Notes: generated by a model not told the origin, from the sequence alone. DNA of 52,459 nucleotides, filler included, from Sphacelaria rigidula (GCA_964200075.2; 4 parts of 4 records of this genome joined end to end with filler, not necessarily neighbours in it), one strand, 5' to 3'. Positions 26,283 to 39,321 are shown, counted from the first letter of the whole stretch. Numbers and translations are program-made.

Positions 26283-26930
26283 TTTTTTTTTGTTCCCCGT
26301 CTCCAAAGGGATTCGTGTTCCATGGTCCAACGTCTACTTCTAGCCACCAATGTTTTCGCCCCCCCCCCCCCCCATTTCTATCATGCCTCTTACTTTTGTC
26401 TTGTACCCTGCGCCTTCACCTATGAGCTAGAGCTCGGAAATGGTTTGTCTAAGCACTAACTAGTAGAATGCTCACGCGTAGTGTAACCATTAACCAGTTA
26501 AATGGTACATGATGGTTTGGTCATCGAGCGGCGCAGCCGCGAGCCAAAAAGACCCCCCCGACAGAGGGAGTGCCGCCGGAGGCACGTTTGTTTGCGATTG
26601 GGCCCCACTAAAGCTAAAAAATACGTCAGATTTGGGCCAATTTTCAAGGGCAAAACCATAGCGCACTCGGCTTGGAATTGCGAGTAAGAAAAGCAGACAA
26701 TTTTAAATGTAATAAAAAAAAGTAGAACTGAAGCACGAGCCATCGATGGTGAAGGCTGGCGGCGAGCTTGAGACAGGCGACGTTGCAGAACACCATGGGT
26801 GTGCTGTGCACCGCCTGAGGTCGACAGCGGGAAAATTCTTGAGCAAGAAAGCGGTTAATTAGCAATTGCTGAGTTGGTGTCGGAAGACGGCGACACGGTA
26901 CACAAGCGTAGATATACGAGATGTACAAAG

Positions 26931-27298
26931 CCGGTCGCCCCGGTGCTCAGTTGGTAACCTAGAACCTTCTGACGGTTGGGTTGTGGGTTCGAATCTCGGA
27001 GCAAGCTGGGATTTTTTCTCACACCAATGCCCAACAGTAGAGAGCGACTATGTCGTGCGTAAAGAAAAGTCTACCTAATCGTCGACGAGGGAGGGAAAGG
27101 GACTGCTGAACCCCTCTCGCGATATAAAAAAGAAGGCAAGCACCGCAGAAGGAAGGAGGAGGACTAAAAACAAAGAAAAAAGAAAAAAACTCCTGTGTTG
27201 ACCTTAATCCTGTGTGACCCCGGCTGGTGTGCCCACATACACCGAAAGGTGTAGATCGGCGTCCAGAATAGATGGGACGACAACACACACAACACACA
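26931..27298 (+). mobile_element. tRNA-derived SINE (family 1, copy b)
   Basis: A-box TGCTCAGTTGG, B-box GGTTCGAATC; same body and CA-rich tail as 1821-2170. Confidence 0.75.
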
Positions 27299-27559
27299 GT
27301 TGGTTGATTTATTGGTTTTTTAACATTTATTCACTGATTCGCTGCGCACTCAGCCGTCATTACATAAAACAAAGGGCAAGAACAATGAAATGCATGTTGT
27401 GTACTGTCTGTTGTAACTGTGCTCAATGTAGCATACGTATTCGGTAACGGGATATATAAAGCCGGTCACGATAAATGATGGTTTGAAACCAATGTCCAAA
27501 ATGTTCATATTATCAGTATCATTATCACCATTGTAATGATGATGGCTCGTTATTACTGG

Positions 27560-29040
27560 TACCATTTCCGAGCCCTATGAATGGTATTTCGTCTTGATTT
27601 CCTCCTATCTCCTTCCATACTTTCTACACTTCTCCATCCCACCATAGTCCAGCCCACCCTTTTGTACTTTTCTTCCATACAGTCCCATCAACTATAGCTG
27701 GCAATCTCTTTCTCTGCATGCTCTGTACGCTATATTGTCATCGCAGTTTCCTCATGTCTCTGTTTGTTTTAAGTGAGTGCATTCCCAACTCTGCTCTCAA
27801 AGCTGTATTACTCTTCGTTTTCGAGCATCCCAGTATCTTCTTTGCTGCTGCCATCTGTACTGTTTCCAGCCTCTTCACCAACTTCGCCTTCCCCTCCCAT
27901 ACCTCTCCTGCATATTCCAGCTTGGTACGATCACGTTCATCAGGACACCTCTCTTGATCCTAGGGTCTAGGTGCGAGTCTCTGAGAATCACGTCCATCCT
28001 TCCTATCTGTGCCTTACCCTTTTCTTTTACTTTGTTCATGTGTGCATCCCAAGAACAGTTTCTTGAGATCTATACGCCAAGGTATGTATGCTGGTCTACG
28101 ATCGGCAATTATTTCTACTCGATTCGTATTCTTCTTATCTTCCCCGTGTTGCCCAGTGGTATCATCCGGTTGACCTGCTTTTCCTACCCTAGCATTAAAA
28201 TCTTCCACCAACATTACTCCTCCTTGCCTTTTATACTTATGTACATCTGCTGCTATCTCTCAAAACCTCAGCTGTATGTTTTTCACTCTACTCCTCGATT
28301 CTGGAGGCATGTAGATTTTCTCTACGAAGAAGTCCTTCGTTCCCCGCTCTCCGGGTACCCCTATCTACATATGCTCTCGTCAAATTTCGTGCCGTCGATG
28401 AATTCTAAGCTGTCACGTAGGTATTCCTTTACTAAGAATCCTACTGTCCCCGCTCCCCTGCTCTAGGGCTTCTGTCCCTTCCGCTTTTTTCATATCCATG
28501 CGTACTCTTCAACTTTGCATCTCATTTCTGCCATGACTCTTGGATTCCTACTAATATACCTAGGTCGCGTTTACCTACTTGTTGCGCTATATCTCTTCTC
28601 TTTTGCGCTCGTCTGTGACAAATCGACACACGTTCCACGATCCTATTAAGTTCCTTTCCGAATCATTATCTGCCCTCCTGTTGTCTACTGTTCTATCTCC
28701 GTCGCGTCTATTCCTACTTTCCCTTGCTTGGTTGTTCTTCCCGTTTCTGGGTTGATCTTTGTCCATTTGCTTCGGGCCGCTATGTCCCCTCTCCTTCCCC
28801 TTCGGGGCACATACCTGCTTCTGCCTCTCTCCCTTGTTTTACCCGTGGACTACGTCCTAGGTTTATTGTTCCCTTAGTTGTGCATACTGTCCAACCTATT
28901 CTTCTAACCCATGCCGGCATCTTACTTGTCTCTATCCTTTCCCACTCCTTGCTCGCGCTCTGTTTTGGTGTGACTCGAAAGTGTTTCCCCCCCCCTTCTT
29001 TTCCCTTTTGCCAAATAGTATAATCCAACGCCATTGCATT
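27560..29040 (-). mobile_element. Decayed LINE (non-LTR retrotransposon): ORF1 remnant, APE endonuclease and RT C-terminal region, internally deleted
   Basis: Minus-strand translations with stops and frameshifts: VGFLVKEY and MLVEDFNARVGKA (GDFNA motif of APE), then IVDQHTYLGV*ISRNCSWDAH...KRLETVQMAAAKKILGCSKTKSNTALRAELG (post-RT thumb region). Confidence 0.85.
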
Positions 29041-29049
29041 CCCTTTTAA

Positions 29050-29151
29050 CCCTTAGACCGCGGTGCGGGTAGTCCATCTGGATCGCGCACACTTTTTTCA
29101 AGTGAAATTTGATGCCGATTCAGCAAGTGACCTACCCTCGCGCTCTAAGGG
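29050..29151. mobile_element. piggyBac-type MITE
   Basis: CCCTTAGACCGCG...CGCGCTCTAAGGG, flanks TTAA/TTGA; close to the 15330 copy in sequence. Confidence 0.8.
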
Positions 29152-30552
29152 TTGAACTCTAGTTCTCGTTATATGTCGCCACGAACTCCGGATACCAGCA
29201 CTACCAGTATATATTACCCGTGAGTGATGCTACGGTAGGGTTGCACTTTTTGAGCGAAAATGTTCCTCGGGGTGTTGCACGGATCATTCTGAGAATCGGC
29301 ATCATTTTCACTCGAAAAAGACTGAAAATGATGCCGATACACGAAAAGGCCCCTGTGTGCATCTCCATGTCTGTCCCCGGAGATTTGGGTTGCACAGTAA
29401 GCCCCCCATATATTTCGGCTCCTACAAAAACGAGACCCAGAAACCAAAAGTGCAACCCCTGTTGTAGCATTGCTCTCGTCCACTCTTTACTTCTCCATCC
29501 GCCCTTCCTTACCGTCTCTCTCGATCTCTTTTGAAGAATCTCCAGCTTAATCGATTCGAGTGTATTGGTGGGATGTAGTCAACGTACTGGGACATCCCAA
29601 TCCTTGTACTTGTTGGGGTTCTGGTGCCTTTTAATTCTTCTGTGCGCTCACCGACACTAAATAATGCCCCCAGTGCGGGCTCGTAGCCTGAAACCAAATT
29701 CAACACCTTTGACACAAATCCCCCCAGCGGGGGCGCGCGGGGGGGTGTACTCATGATATTGCGTGCCATAGTCATGAGAATATTGACCCCGCATCCCTAC
29801 AAAGCCGGGACGGAGCACGCCGGGTTCTCGCCGGACCAGGTTCGCAATCATGGGGGGGGGAGGGGGGGGGTGCTCATTTGTCGCACGCCTCAGTCATTGA
29901 TCATTGACCACACATGCCTTGTGAGACGGAGCACCGTTCCTACTCCTGATTGAAACACGTCCAACATTCGAGGGCTCGCTGCGTGTCCCCCATACGTTAC
30001 ACGAGATCCCTTTCATATGTTACCTCCTTCCTGTTTCGCCGCTTGTTGCTACCATTTATCTCCTGGGGTAACTACTGTATTGTGTTCTCGCCGCTGTCCA
30101 ACATAGTATAGCAAACGAGCTCATGTCTCTTCGCTTGCTCCCCACATTTCCCCCTGTAACACGCCCCATTTCTCCTTGCATAATTCACATGCTGCCACTG
30201 TATGTGTTCTACTCTCTATTGCTTGCCACAGGGGCGACTGTGTGCAACTCCTTCCTCCTCCACCCGACTGCTGGTATACCTCTTTCTTCTTTTTGGTAGG
30301 TCCAGGCCCCCCACCCGAAATCGCACTTTCATTTTTTTCGCAGAGTCCACTGGGCCGTGCAGATATGTTTCATCCCCTCTCTCAATCCCCCGTAAATCTC
30401 TCGGTGTTCTTCCTCGTCCACTTTCCATGTTAGCGGTTGTTTTTTGTCTATCGCTGTGAACTGCAGACCAACCTGGCCATGCACGCTCTGTAGCTGAAAT
30501 ACAAAATTAACGAAACATACATATGAGCTCAACGACGGAATCAGATTTGGCG

Positions 30553-30637
30553 AAAAAAAAAGGATATTTTATCGGGATTCGAACTCGTGACCGCTATAAC
30601 TCGATTCTCCCGTATCACTTAGATAACAGGGGCGCAG
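30553..30637 (-). mobile_element. Truncated tRNA-like SINE head inserted in the LINE
   Basis: Reverse complement contains a B-box GAGTTCGAATCCC followed by a T-run. No full cloverleaf. Confidence 0.4.
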
Positions 30638-31273
30638 CCGTGTCGCACAAAAAGTTCAACGCTGGGTCTAACTCTAGAAGTTTTTAGCCGACTTATACCC
30701 GGATCTTCTGCACGCAAGTACTAAATTCGTGGCGGGGGATGCCGCTGTTTCTTTCCACGGAGTCATGACATTTCAAATCACTCTGATTTTTTTTTTTTTT
30801 TCCCTTTACATACCCGAAGATGAGGAACGAGTCGACAATGTCGTGTTCAAAATTCAACTCCTAACTCCTCCAATGAAGCTCCGCGTCACGCGATTACCGA
30901 CAAAAACACCATCAATCAGCTGGCCCAGCTCGTACAAGTACCGCCCATTTTTTCATGGTCGCTATCACCCTCTATTATTCCCTGATGTATGCTTGCGCCT
31001 TTTGTGTGTGTTTCTGCAATCGTGCTGGTGTTCATGATATTCCCACTAAAGAATCACCTACGAACATCAGCCCCGATATCGTCTCTCCTCTTTCCTTGAC
31101 TCCTTGTTTTGCTCTTCCTACTGCCACCATGTCACCTATAAACCGGTTAAATAGAGTGGGTGATGACGTACATTCTTGCGCAAGTCCTTGTTTGTTGTAA
31201 ATATGAAGATATACCCCGATGCTTCCCAGTCCAGCGTCATAGCACTTCTCGCACACTGCCATACATTTCACCA

Positions 31274-31383
31274 CACGGGTGGCCACTGGGGTGCCTGCGA
31301 CCTCAAATTTGGACGTTACAGACCTTATGCAACCTTTGTAACGTCCAAATTTGAGGTTGCAGGCACCCCAGTGGCCACCCGTG
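31274..31383. mobile_element. Hairpin MITE (47-bp arms, 16-nt loop), CACTA-like termini
   Basis: CACGGGTGGCCACTGGGGTGCCTGC...GTTACA and its reverse complement with one mismatch; 2-bp TSD CA. It interrupts the LINE RT reading frame. Confidence 0.88.
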
Positions 31384-34300
31384 CATTATCCACATTCTCC
31401 CTAGCTCCGATCCCAGTTTCCCACGACTTTTTCGCCCATTTCTCCATAATAATATACTGTTACATAGGCGTTCAGTATGTCTAGAAAGAAACAGCACGTT
31501 GTTATAGCCCCGCGTCTTTCCTATCCAGAATAACCCTACCTACCTAACGTGTACATGTGGTCCACACAGCTATTATATAGTAATATGGTTTGGTCTAAAT
31601 CCTGCTTACCCTTCGCTGATATCCTCTTACTTCTCCAGAATGCTACCACGGTGCTCCGTAGCAATATCCCTCTATAATTCCCTGGGTCAGCCTTGGCCTA
31701 TTCAAGGGAAGTAGTGCCATACTTGGAATGGCGATTGTCGGAGGGAACTCGGTGAGGGAACCGATCTTCATAAATACCACCAGAAGTCTTGAAATTACTC
31801 ACGAAAGCCTAGGATTTAAAAACTCGTACGCCCGTTGCACGACCGGCAAACTGGTGTATCCTGGCGACGTATTCGTGACCTCCAACCAAAAATTATTGCC
31901 CTGCGTAACCCGAAGGCCGTAGTCCCTTCATCAACTTATTATGGAACGTATTCTGAGGGGGGCATACTACTGTAGTGTCAACATGCATGCCCACCTCCCG
32001 CTGGTGCATAAAATAGGTGTACCGTATAGTGCTTATGGGAGTACTGTATACGCGAGCTGGTTCGATCACGCTCATCATCCGAAATTGTGTCATTATATAG
32101 CAAGTAATGTGTGCATTTCGCAATATCTATACCCGATAGCGGCATACATGGTACCATACTAACCGCCATGAACAATTAAAAAAGAGCGTGACATAGCCGG
32201 ATTGTTGTTCAAGGCTATAGGGTTGGCGCGAAGGGCGAACAAATATCTCGACCGATCAGCGACCTTCAGATTGTTCTAAACTCAAAGATAGGAATGATCG
32301 AAATTTTCCCAATCTCCACATTATTTCAAGTCGCAGTAACCATCAGCTCGCAAATCTCTTGATACAACATATATATTTGAAACCGGTGACCATAGGATCG
32401 AACTACTATCATATATCCAATTAAAACCGTGGCATTTCGGTGATGTGGGGATTTGGCATTGTCGGATTTGCATCGATCAACCCACCGTCGAAAATATTTA
32501 AAAAAATCCTCCGCTCTTTACCGGCTATGGGGGGTCCAGGCGTAGAGACCCCCGGAAGCTGGTACAGAAGTCCTCAAAACAAAGGACAAGAAGAGCTGTA
32601 AGCGTCCCGGAGTAGTTCGAGGAACATTTTTGCACAAAATATGTTTTCATACAAAAAAAAACGTGTAGGAGTTGAACATTTCAAGTTCACTTCATCGCAC
32701 CAAAGCGGAGTGAATGTTCACGCCAAATGTCGCAGTGGAGGATGGTCCATCTCCACGTCGCATACTTTTTGCAAGCAAAATTAATGCCAATCCAACAGCG
32801 ATGACCTACTCTCGCCGTCTACGGCTCAAGACACTGAAACCTACACATACTGTTATTGTATGGGTAAAAAATCGAAACTTTTGGTGGATGGGATTTTCCG
32901 ATTTTCGTTTCACCAGTCATCGGGGATCGCTGAAGGACTTACTATTGGTTGAGGACTGATGCCCCATTCTCAATGCCCCCGAAGAGGGCCCTGTCTTATC
33001 AAGACCGAAAAAGAATCATAGAAGGAAACAAGCGTCCAAAAGCAGCATGTTGGTTGGTGGCCGCAACAATAGACCCGTTGGGCGGCCAATCAACGTGCTG
33101 CTTCTGGACGCGTGTTCCTTTTCTCGATTCTTTTTTGTCTCACCTAAAATACAGGGCCAAATTTACTCACAAAAACTGATCATTGTGAAACTGAAAAGCG
33201 TGAGAACGGAGGAACAATCTGATGAGAACACAAAAGGGACGCGAAATGGTTGCCACGAGTGGGCTGTTCGGCCCTTCATGGGGTGCACAGCTGTTTTCCC
33301 ATCATCCGCATGAGCCAAGCGTGCAATGCACACCCAGCCGACATGCACACAAGTCTCATTGAGAGATTTAACGAATAGGGGACTTGTTCATGCCCAGACC
33401 CATCATTCCTGTGCTGTAGCTGAGACGGTCGTCCGGTGCGTTTGGACCCTATGTTCTGAATGTTGCTATGTCCCGGTCGGTGCGCAAGTAACCTAGACAC
33501 AGCCGAAAACGTCATCATGGTGCGACGTATTCGATGCGTTGTGTTGTTTGTAAAACCAGCAACAACGCGCTTCGTCGTGCATTGTCGTGCGCCCGCCTCG
33601 CAGTCATGAAATTTTCGTGTCAAAGTTGTCTTTACGAACATGGTTTGATCTGCGCTGGATCGAGATTGCAGGCAGTTCCTGTCTGTGTGGTACGGCATGT
33701 ACAGAACTGGAATGAGAACAAACTGCTGTCGACACAAAGTTGGAAAAGTCACGTGATGGGTCGCAGCATGCCTTCTTTAGGTGCTGTTGTGTATAAGTGC
33801 GCAACTCCTAGATCACGCAAACTCAATGAGCAACTAGCTCCAAGAGTATGCCATAAATGCTGAGGAGTGTCTTTTTTCTCATGTCCATTCAAAATCGCGG
33901 CAGGCAGAAACTGCAATTTTTCACGAGTAAAAAAATTAACGGCTACCAAAGAGCCCGTCTAAGACGCGACCTAAAACTCGGAGAATCGGCGCGAACATTT
34001 GCGGATAAGAATTCTGGGTGATGGGCGCGTGAGCCAGCTCGTAGCACACACACCCCACGAATATCTCCCGAAGAAAAACGCAACCCCCCGAAACCACCGA
34101 ATTTCAACTCCAGGGGTGTGGGCGTGAGCGGCAACTCATAAACAAAAAAAGCCACTGGCCGGTACAGACGTACGGACGAAAGGATATGCGGTGCGAGTAC
34201 ACTGTACATGTTCTAGCGGCAAAACCGGGATATTTCGTTCTCCTTCTCGGTGACATTCTACTCACAGTTCTGTTTGTACCCATCTATGCTGTTGTAGAGC

Positions 34301-35533
34301 TGATTGCGGTACGAGTATTCATGAGCTGTGATCAATTGTACGATATTGAGCTGTATTGTCTGCACAGTGCGTTCTTGCCCGCGGCAAGCACTGCATTCTT
34401 TTCGCGTGTATACAATGGGTGCCGAATGTACCAACAACATTACCTCAGTATGTGTTGTCTGTCCGACTGCGTTTTGGAGGCATATGCTGAACCCCTGTGG
34501 TGATGTAGTCCTGTATTGTCCCAGTTGTTGTACGCACGCGCAGTGATTTCGCACCAACCAGTTCGTGGGAGGGCGGGGGAAATCCTTGATGCCGACCACT
34601 TTATGCTCATAGAAGGATGCGCTTGTGTTGTACAAAAGGTGCAAACTTCCGTTATGCACTCTTGGAATGCGGCCTCGGGAACGCAGGTGGGTATGCGCGT
34701 GCGGCGAGCTGATGATCTTGTGCCAATTATCATGTAACACAACAGTACACCAGAATTGCCACACGGCGAGGATATTTCTCTGGGGTGGGTGAACTTTGAA
34801 GATGGGCCATGAAAGATCAGAGGGCGAAGAGCGAACGAACGGTGTAGAGGGCCGCAGTTATAGACGTAACTTCTCCAAATCTCGTCATTGGCACTGCCGA
34901 ATACGCTCTGTTTCACTGCTTTTATGTATCCTAACAGCTAACTTCTCTCCCAGATCTGGTCTTGCCGCTGCAGCTCCGCGTATTGCTATTCGTCATGGGG
35001 GGGGGACAAGCATATTGCCATATCACCTTGGTCATGTTCCTCCGAATAACAAGATCCAATTCCGAGTTGGATAGCTTCGGATATCGCCACAGCAAAAATT
35101 CCGAACGACCAGGCTACGAGATTGACCAAAAGTGTCCACACAATAGGTTCTGAAACGTCCGCGTGAAGACTGAAGAAAAAAAAAAAGAGATCCTACATGA
35201 CGAAAAATCCGCCGCGTGCCCGTAAAAAATCCAAAGTTCATGTCGGCTTCACGTGTGTGTAACTGTTGTTTTGCAAGCCATCCGCCACCAGTCCCCGCAA
35301 ACTGCTCCTCGCCTCACTTTGCAACACACCCAATCAACAAACCTCGTACGAAAACCCGTGTGTTCGTTGCCTCGTAGCTACCGGCGGTATCGCGGAGGGA
35401 GAGACACTATAATCGTTTCCGAACGCTTGGGTGACTGGCATACTGAGATCGTCTGCAGTACAGAGAAACACAAGGACAAGGAGCCACGACATCAACACCG
35501 CTAGGCAGCAGTTTGTCCATCAGAAACAGAGCG

Positions 35534-38500
35534 ATGAAGCGCAGTTCCAAAAGATGCTTCCAATCGAACTGCTATGCCGTTGCCCCATTCGCCTCTCCGG
35601 CCAACCCGACGGTCCACGCATGCGAGGAGCACAAAAAGCGAGACTTCGTCAACATGCGGAACAAGGTAGGTGTACAGATAGTGCCTCGTAAAAGTAGTAT
35701 TATTGCAGTGCTGTACAGTAGTAGGACGGTGCGTGCATGTATCATGTAGTGCTATACCGTAGTCGTGCCGCCTATCATTCTGTCACCATCATGTGTTACA
35801 TACCCCCGTGCCAGTGCCACCAGGGGGCCAACATAAATGGATCTACAGGCAGAAGGCCAATGCCAAGAGGATAAGCTAGCTCACAAACCCTTGGACCTTC
35901 TTCAAGGGGGGCTTGGGGTGATCGTTTCCTCTTCATCAATCATTCGATAACTTTCATGGCTCTTCTCACTCGCCACTTGATTGCACCAGCCCCGTTTGTG
36001 CCGCATTTATATTCCTTCTTCAGCCCCATGCACAACAACAGCGCGTTGACTTTGTCGACAGGTGTATAAACCCCACGCGGCCGTATCTTCCAGACGATAC
36101 CAACCGCCCGCTTCTTTGAAAACCTGAATTTGAGGGTGACCGCCGCATTTGTGGGAGGTTGGGGAGCTTGCTTGGGGTCGGAGGCGATTATTCCCATAGC
36201 TCTGGTACTTGGGATCGTAATTAGTAATTATGATCGTCGCCGTGACGAGCGAGAAAAATGCCACACAACGCCGATCCATAACTTTCGACACATGAATTAA
36301 TCAGACCTGCTCGTACTACCCATCACCTCGTGTGTGTTCACTCTTTTCCTCCGTTTCATAGAGAACTTGCTTGCTGACGGAGCCAAGCTCTAGTATGCAG
36401 GGCGGGGTCTTGAATCAATTCCCACTTTACTGACGTGTACACGTGCAGGCATTGATGCTCCTCCACCACAGGAAATGCTTGTTGCCGGAATTCCTCACGC
36501 ACGGTAGATCAGACAGATGATCACGTACGATATTGCTCTGTAGGGATGCATGGAATAGCGGCTCGCCATGTCGAAGGAACGATGTGATGAAAGCTTGAAA
36601 CCTTCCGGTGCCCCTCGGGGTTCAGATTGGATTTTCACCAGATGTTTCCAAACACAGCATTTTAAGTTTGTTCCAAGAGATCAAACTCAAATGTATAACC
36701 GCTCCCCCCTGTGAGGAGGGCAAGCAAAAAATCGGGCCAATGCATTGTACTGCCCTCGCACGTCGTCCGGGAGAGGTCGTCGTGTGGGCATCGAGGTGGC
36801 CCATTCGTTCGCTCTTGACGATAGAGTATAGTATGCCTTCGTTTGACGTCGTACAAAAATAACGCCGTCAGGGGTGTGTGCGTATACCAATTTACAGTAG
36901 TACCGGTATACTCGTATTACATTTCATTTCAGCGCTCGTGTTGAAATACCAGCTCTCGAAACAGGTCTTGCATCGCAACCGCCAAAACAAACCAGGAGCA
37001 TGTCGGAGCGACATTTTACGGAGATACGGAGTAGATAGCTACGACACTGTTGTTCGTGTTGCTGCGGGAATCAGTACCCTGGTTTCTGGAAAAGAGTAGA
37101 CGGGTGTGGAAAGTAAAGGGAACGCTGTTGAAGATACGCAGGAAGGTGCGCTTAAACGTGCTCAATCGAACTAGAGCTGTAGATCCACCGCATGTTATTT
37201 GCCCGTGGGTGTACACTTCCGGTTTGGAAGTACATACACCCACCTGTTTACGTCTTGGCATTATTTTCATCCGTCAACACCCACGAGCTATGCAGCCCAT
37301 TGTGGAGTCTTACATATATACTCATTTACGTTGCACTGTCTGTTGCATAGCATGCAGGGCATGGGCTTGTCGCAAAGGCGGCAAGACTCAACTCCAAACA
37401 CAGACGTAAAAACATTCCTGAGCGAAAGCGGGGCGAGTGTGGGTTCGTAAATAAGAGCGTGCTCTCTCTCCCGAGACGACACATGCAAACATGAAATAAT
37501 TCCTGCTGTGTAGTGCACCGCGTTGCGTACTGTACTGGGACTTATCCGCATCCACGTAGATATGCTTGCACAAGAAATACTTTGTAGTGCAGTTTACAGT
37601 ATATGCAGTCCTCAACTCGTTGCCGTGGGCATTGTTGACCGCGAGCGAGCCCACGATGACCGTCCACGAGCGTACATGAGCACAAGTTGTTGGCGCCATT
37701 CCGCGATTTTTTGGGGGGGTATCCGTGAGCAAGTCATGGGCGACCGCCATCAAAAAGTCTTTCTGGATCGATCGATATACTGTACCCATGGGTAGCCTCC
37801 TGTTTCACCCATTTTTGTATACTTCAAATCTATGGTATTTCTCTTTGCTTCCCCGCCCCCCCCTCTCCTCCCATGATGAAAATTCCATGTTGAACCTGCC
37901 CGAGAGTTATCAATTTCTTACGCACGCGAATTTAAAGCAGTACAATTGAAGTGCTCAACAAGGTGTAGTTCATTACATTCAGGTGTAAGCTCCGTGTCAG
38001 TTTCCCGCTACCGGCAAGCTCGACCAAGCATGATGGTAATCCATCATCGATGAAGCATCGGCAAAAAGTGCATCAGTAGACTCTTTCACGTTTAACGGCG
38101 GGTCGACCACCCCAAGCCAACCCTTTTCCAATACCTGACCACCACTGTGCATTGCTAGAGTAACGACAGCACTGCAGTAGTAGGAGTCGTGCCAATAGCT
38201 GATCTCCGAGAACAAGAAGTAGATCGGCAGCACAACATGCTGGCACGATGCTCCTTGCAACGACGGCCCTGATCTTGTGGTCGAAGGTATGCGTTCGATC
38301 ACAAACCAGATCAAGCCCCTACTCAAAGTTTTTCACACCTCGACTTGGATTTGTTTCAACTACCGACCACTCCATCCGCAGCACATTTAGTCCCGTAATT
38401 TAGTCAACTTATCGTTATATAATAATTCAGGAATTGCCCTATGGTTGTCGTCCATCAGTGGTGAATGAATGAGAATGAGTCACATTGTGGGCAACCCTGG

Positions 38501-39225
38501 GGTCAACGTCCTTGGGCAGTCACTCCAGGGAACTAACTGTGTGTGCGAGAGCCATGAAGGCTACATAAGGAGCAATTCACCTTATCGTGAACTAGGTTTG
38601 AACGGGATGCAAATTTCAGAGCGCTCCCTGTCGATTCTGTAGTTTCATTGATAGTTCGTTTGTTCCGCCGTGCAAAGCTGCTTGTTGATTCTTCTTCCCC
38701 TTCCCCTTCCCCTCCGTACTTATGTTACGTCGTTCGTTCAGCGGTGTCTCGCCCCGGGATGCTACCGTAACCCTCACTACGGAGTGAGTCGCGCGGTGGA
38801 CCCCAACAGCAAGGCGCAGTTTTGCACTCTCCACAAAGCACCCGGTGAGCAGAAGATGGCCATCACCACCATACACTACTCGTAGCTCCACAGGAGAATA
38901 CATGAGCGAATCGGAAGTACGATTCCTTTCAAGTCCCCCCCCGTCCCCCCTTCCCCTCTCCCCTGACTCCCCAGTTTACCCTAATTAATACGTGTAGCAG
39001 GGGTATACGCGATGAGACGAGTAAAACATTGACCCACAAACGTCAAGTTCGAGTGTACTCGTTGTCGGGAAGATATATTCGGGACTTTGATCCGTTTTAG
39101 AGTTCACAGTCATAACAAGGCCCAAATGTCAATGCAATGTGCCTGGCATCCGTCCGAAGCGCAGTTACTTTTTCCAAGGTTATGCTTGCGACAATGAACA
39201 CACAAACGGCTCGGGTAGTAGATGA
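35534..39225 (+). CDS. Spliced EsV-1-7-repeat gene (exons 35534-35665, 38742-38844; tentative third exon 39101-39225)
   Basis: Exon A MKRSSKRCFQSNCYAVAPFASPANPTVHACEEHKKRDFVNMRNK ends AAG|GTAGG (phase 0). Exon B follows TTCAG| and reads RCLAPGCYRNPHYGVSRAVDPNSKAQFCTLHKAP, ending G|GTGAG. Each has C-X4-C...C-X2-H, and the junction rebuilds the VNxxNKRC linker. The third exon is in phase but less certain. Confidence 0.7.
37500..38560 (-). pseudogene. Possible heavily decayed piggyBac transposase 3' half, inside intron 1 of the spliced EsV-1-7 gene
   Basis: Minus-strand fragments occur in the expected order: MDDNHRAIPELL (cf. DNxF/YxS), YWHDS..VVTLAMH (cf. WxDxKxVxxLSxxH), QKDFLMAVAHDLL, and RTAYTVNCTTKYFLC (cf. 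Cys-rich tail). Many stops and frameshifts. Confidence 0.4.
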
Positions 39226-39255
39226 ACCCCGCAGAAAGCAAATGTAAACGTTCCT

Positions 39256-39297
<42 letters not shown>

Positions 39298-39321
39298 ACA
39301 ACCCACGAACGGCAGCAGGGA

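Larger units (their letters stand above)
29955..31697 (-). mobile_element. Decayed LINE reverse transcriptase plus C-terminal domain, interrupted by a SINE head and a hairpin MITE
   Basis: Fragments KADPGNYRGI, CVDHMYTL, CFFLDILNAY, QGLAQECTSSPTLF and ISGLMFVGD (degenerate FADD), then C-terminal FRVGGLDLPKRRKRYTSSRVEEE..PCG. Confidence 0.88.

Noticed and set aside
26931-27005. tRNA genes at A/B-box sites (also 1821, 20627, 21936, 30637)
   Set aside because: No complete cloverleaf could be drawn, and most heads run into a shared repeat body, so they are SINEs.
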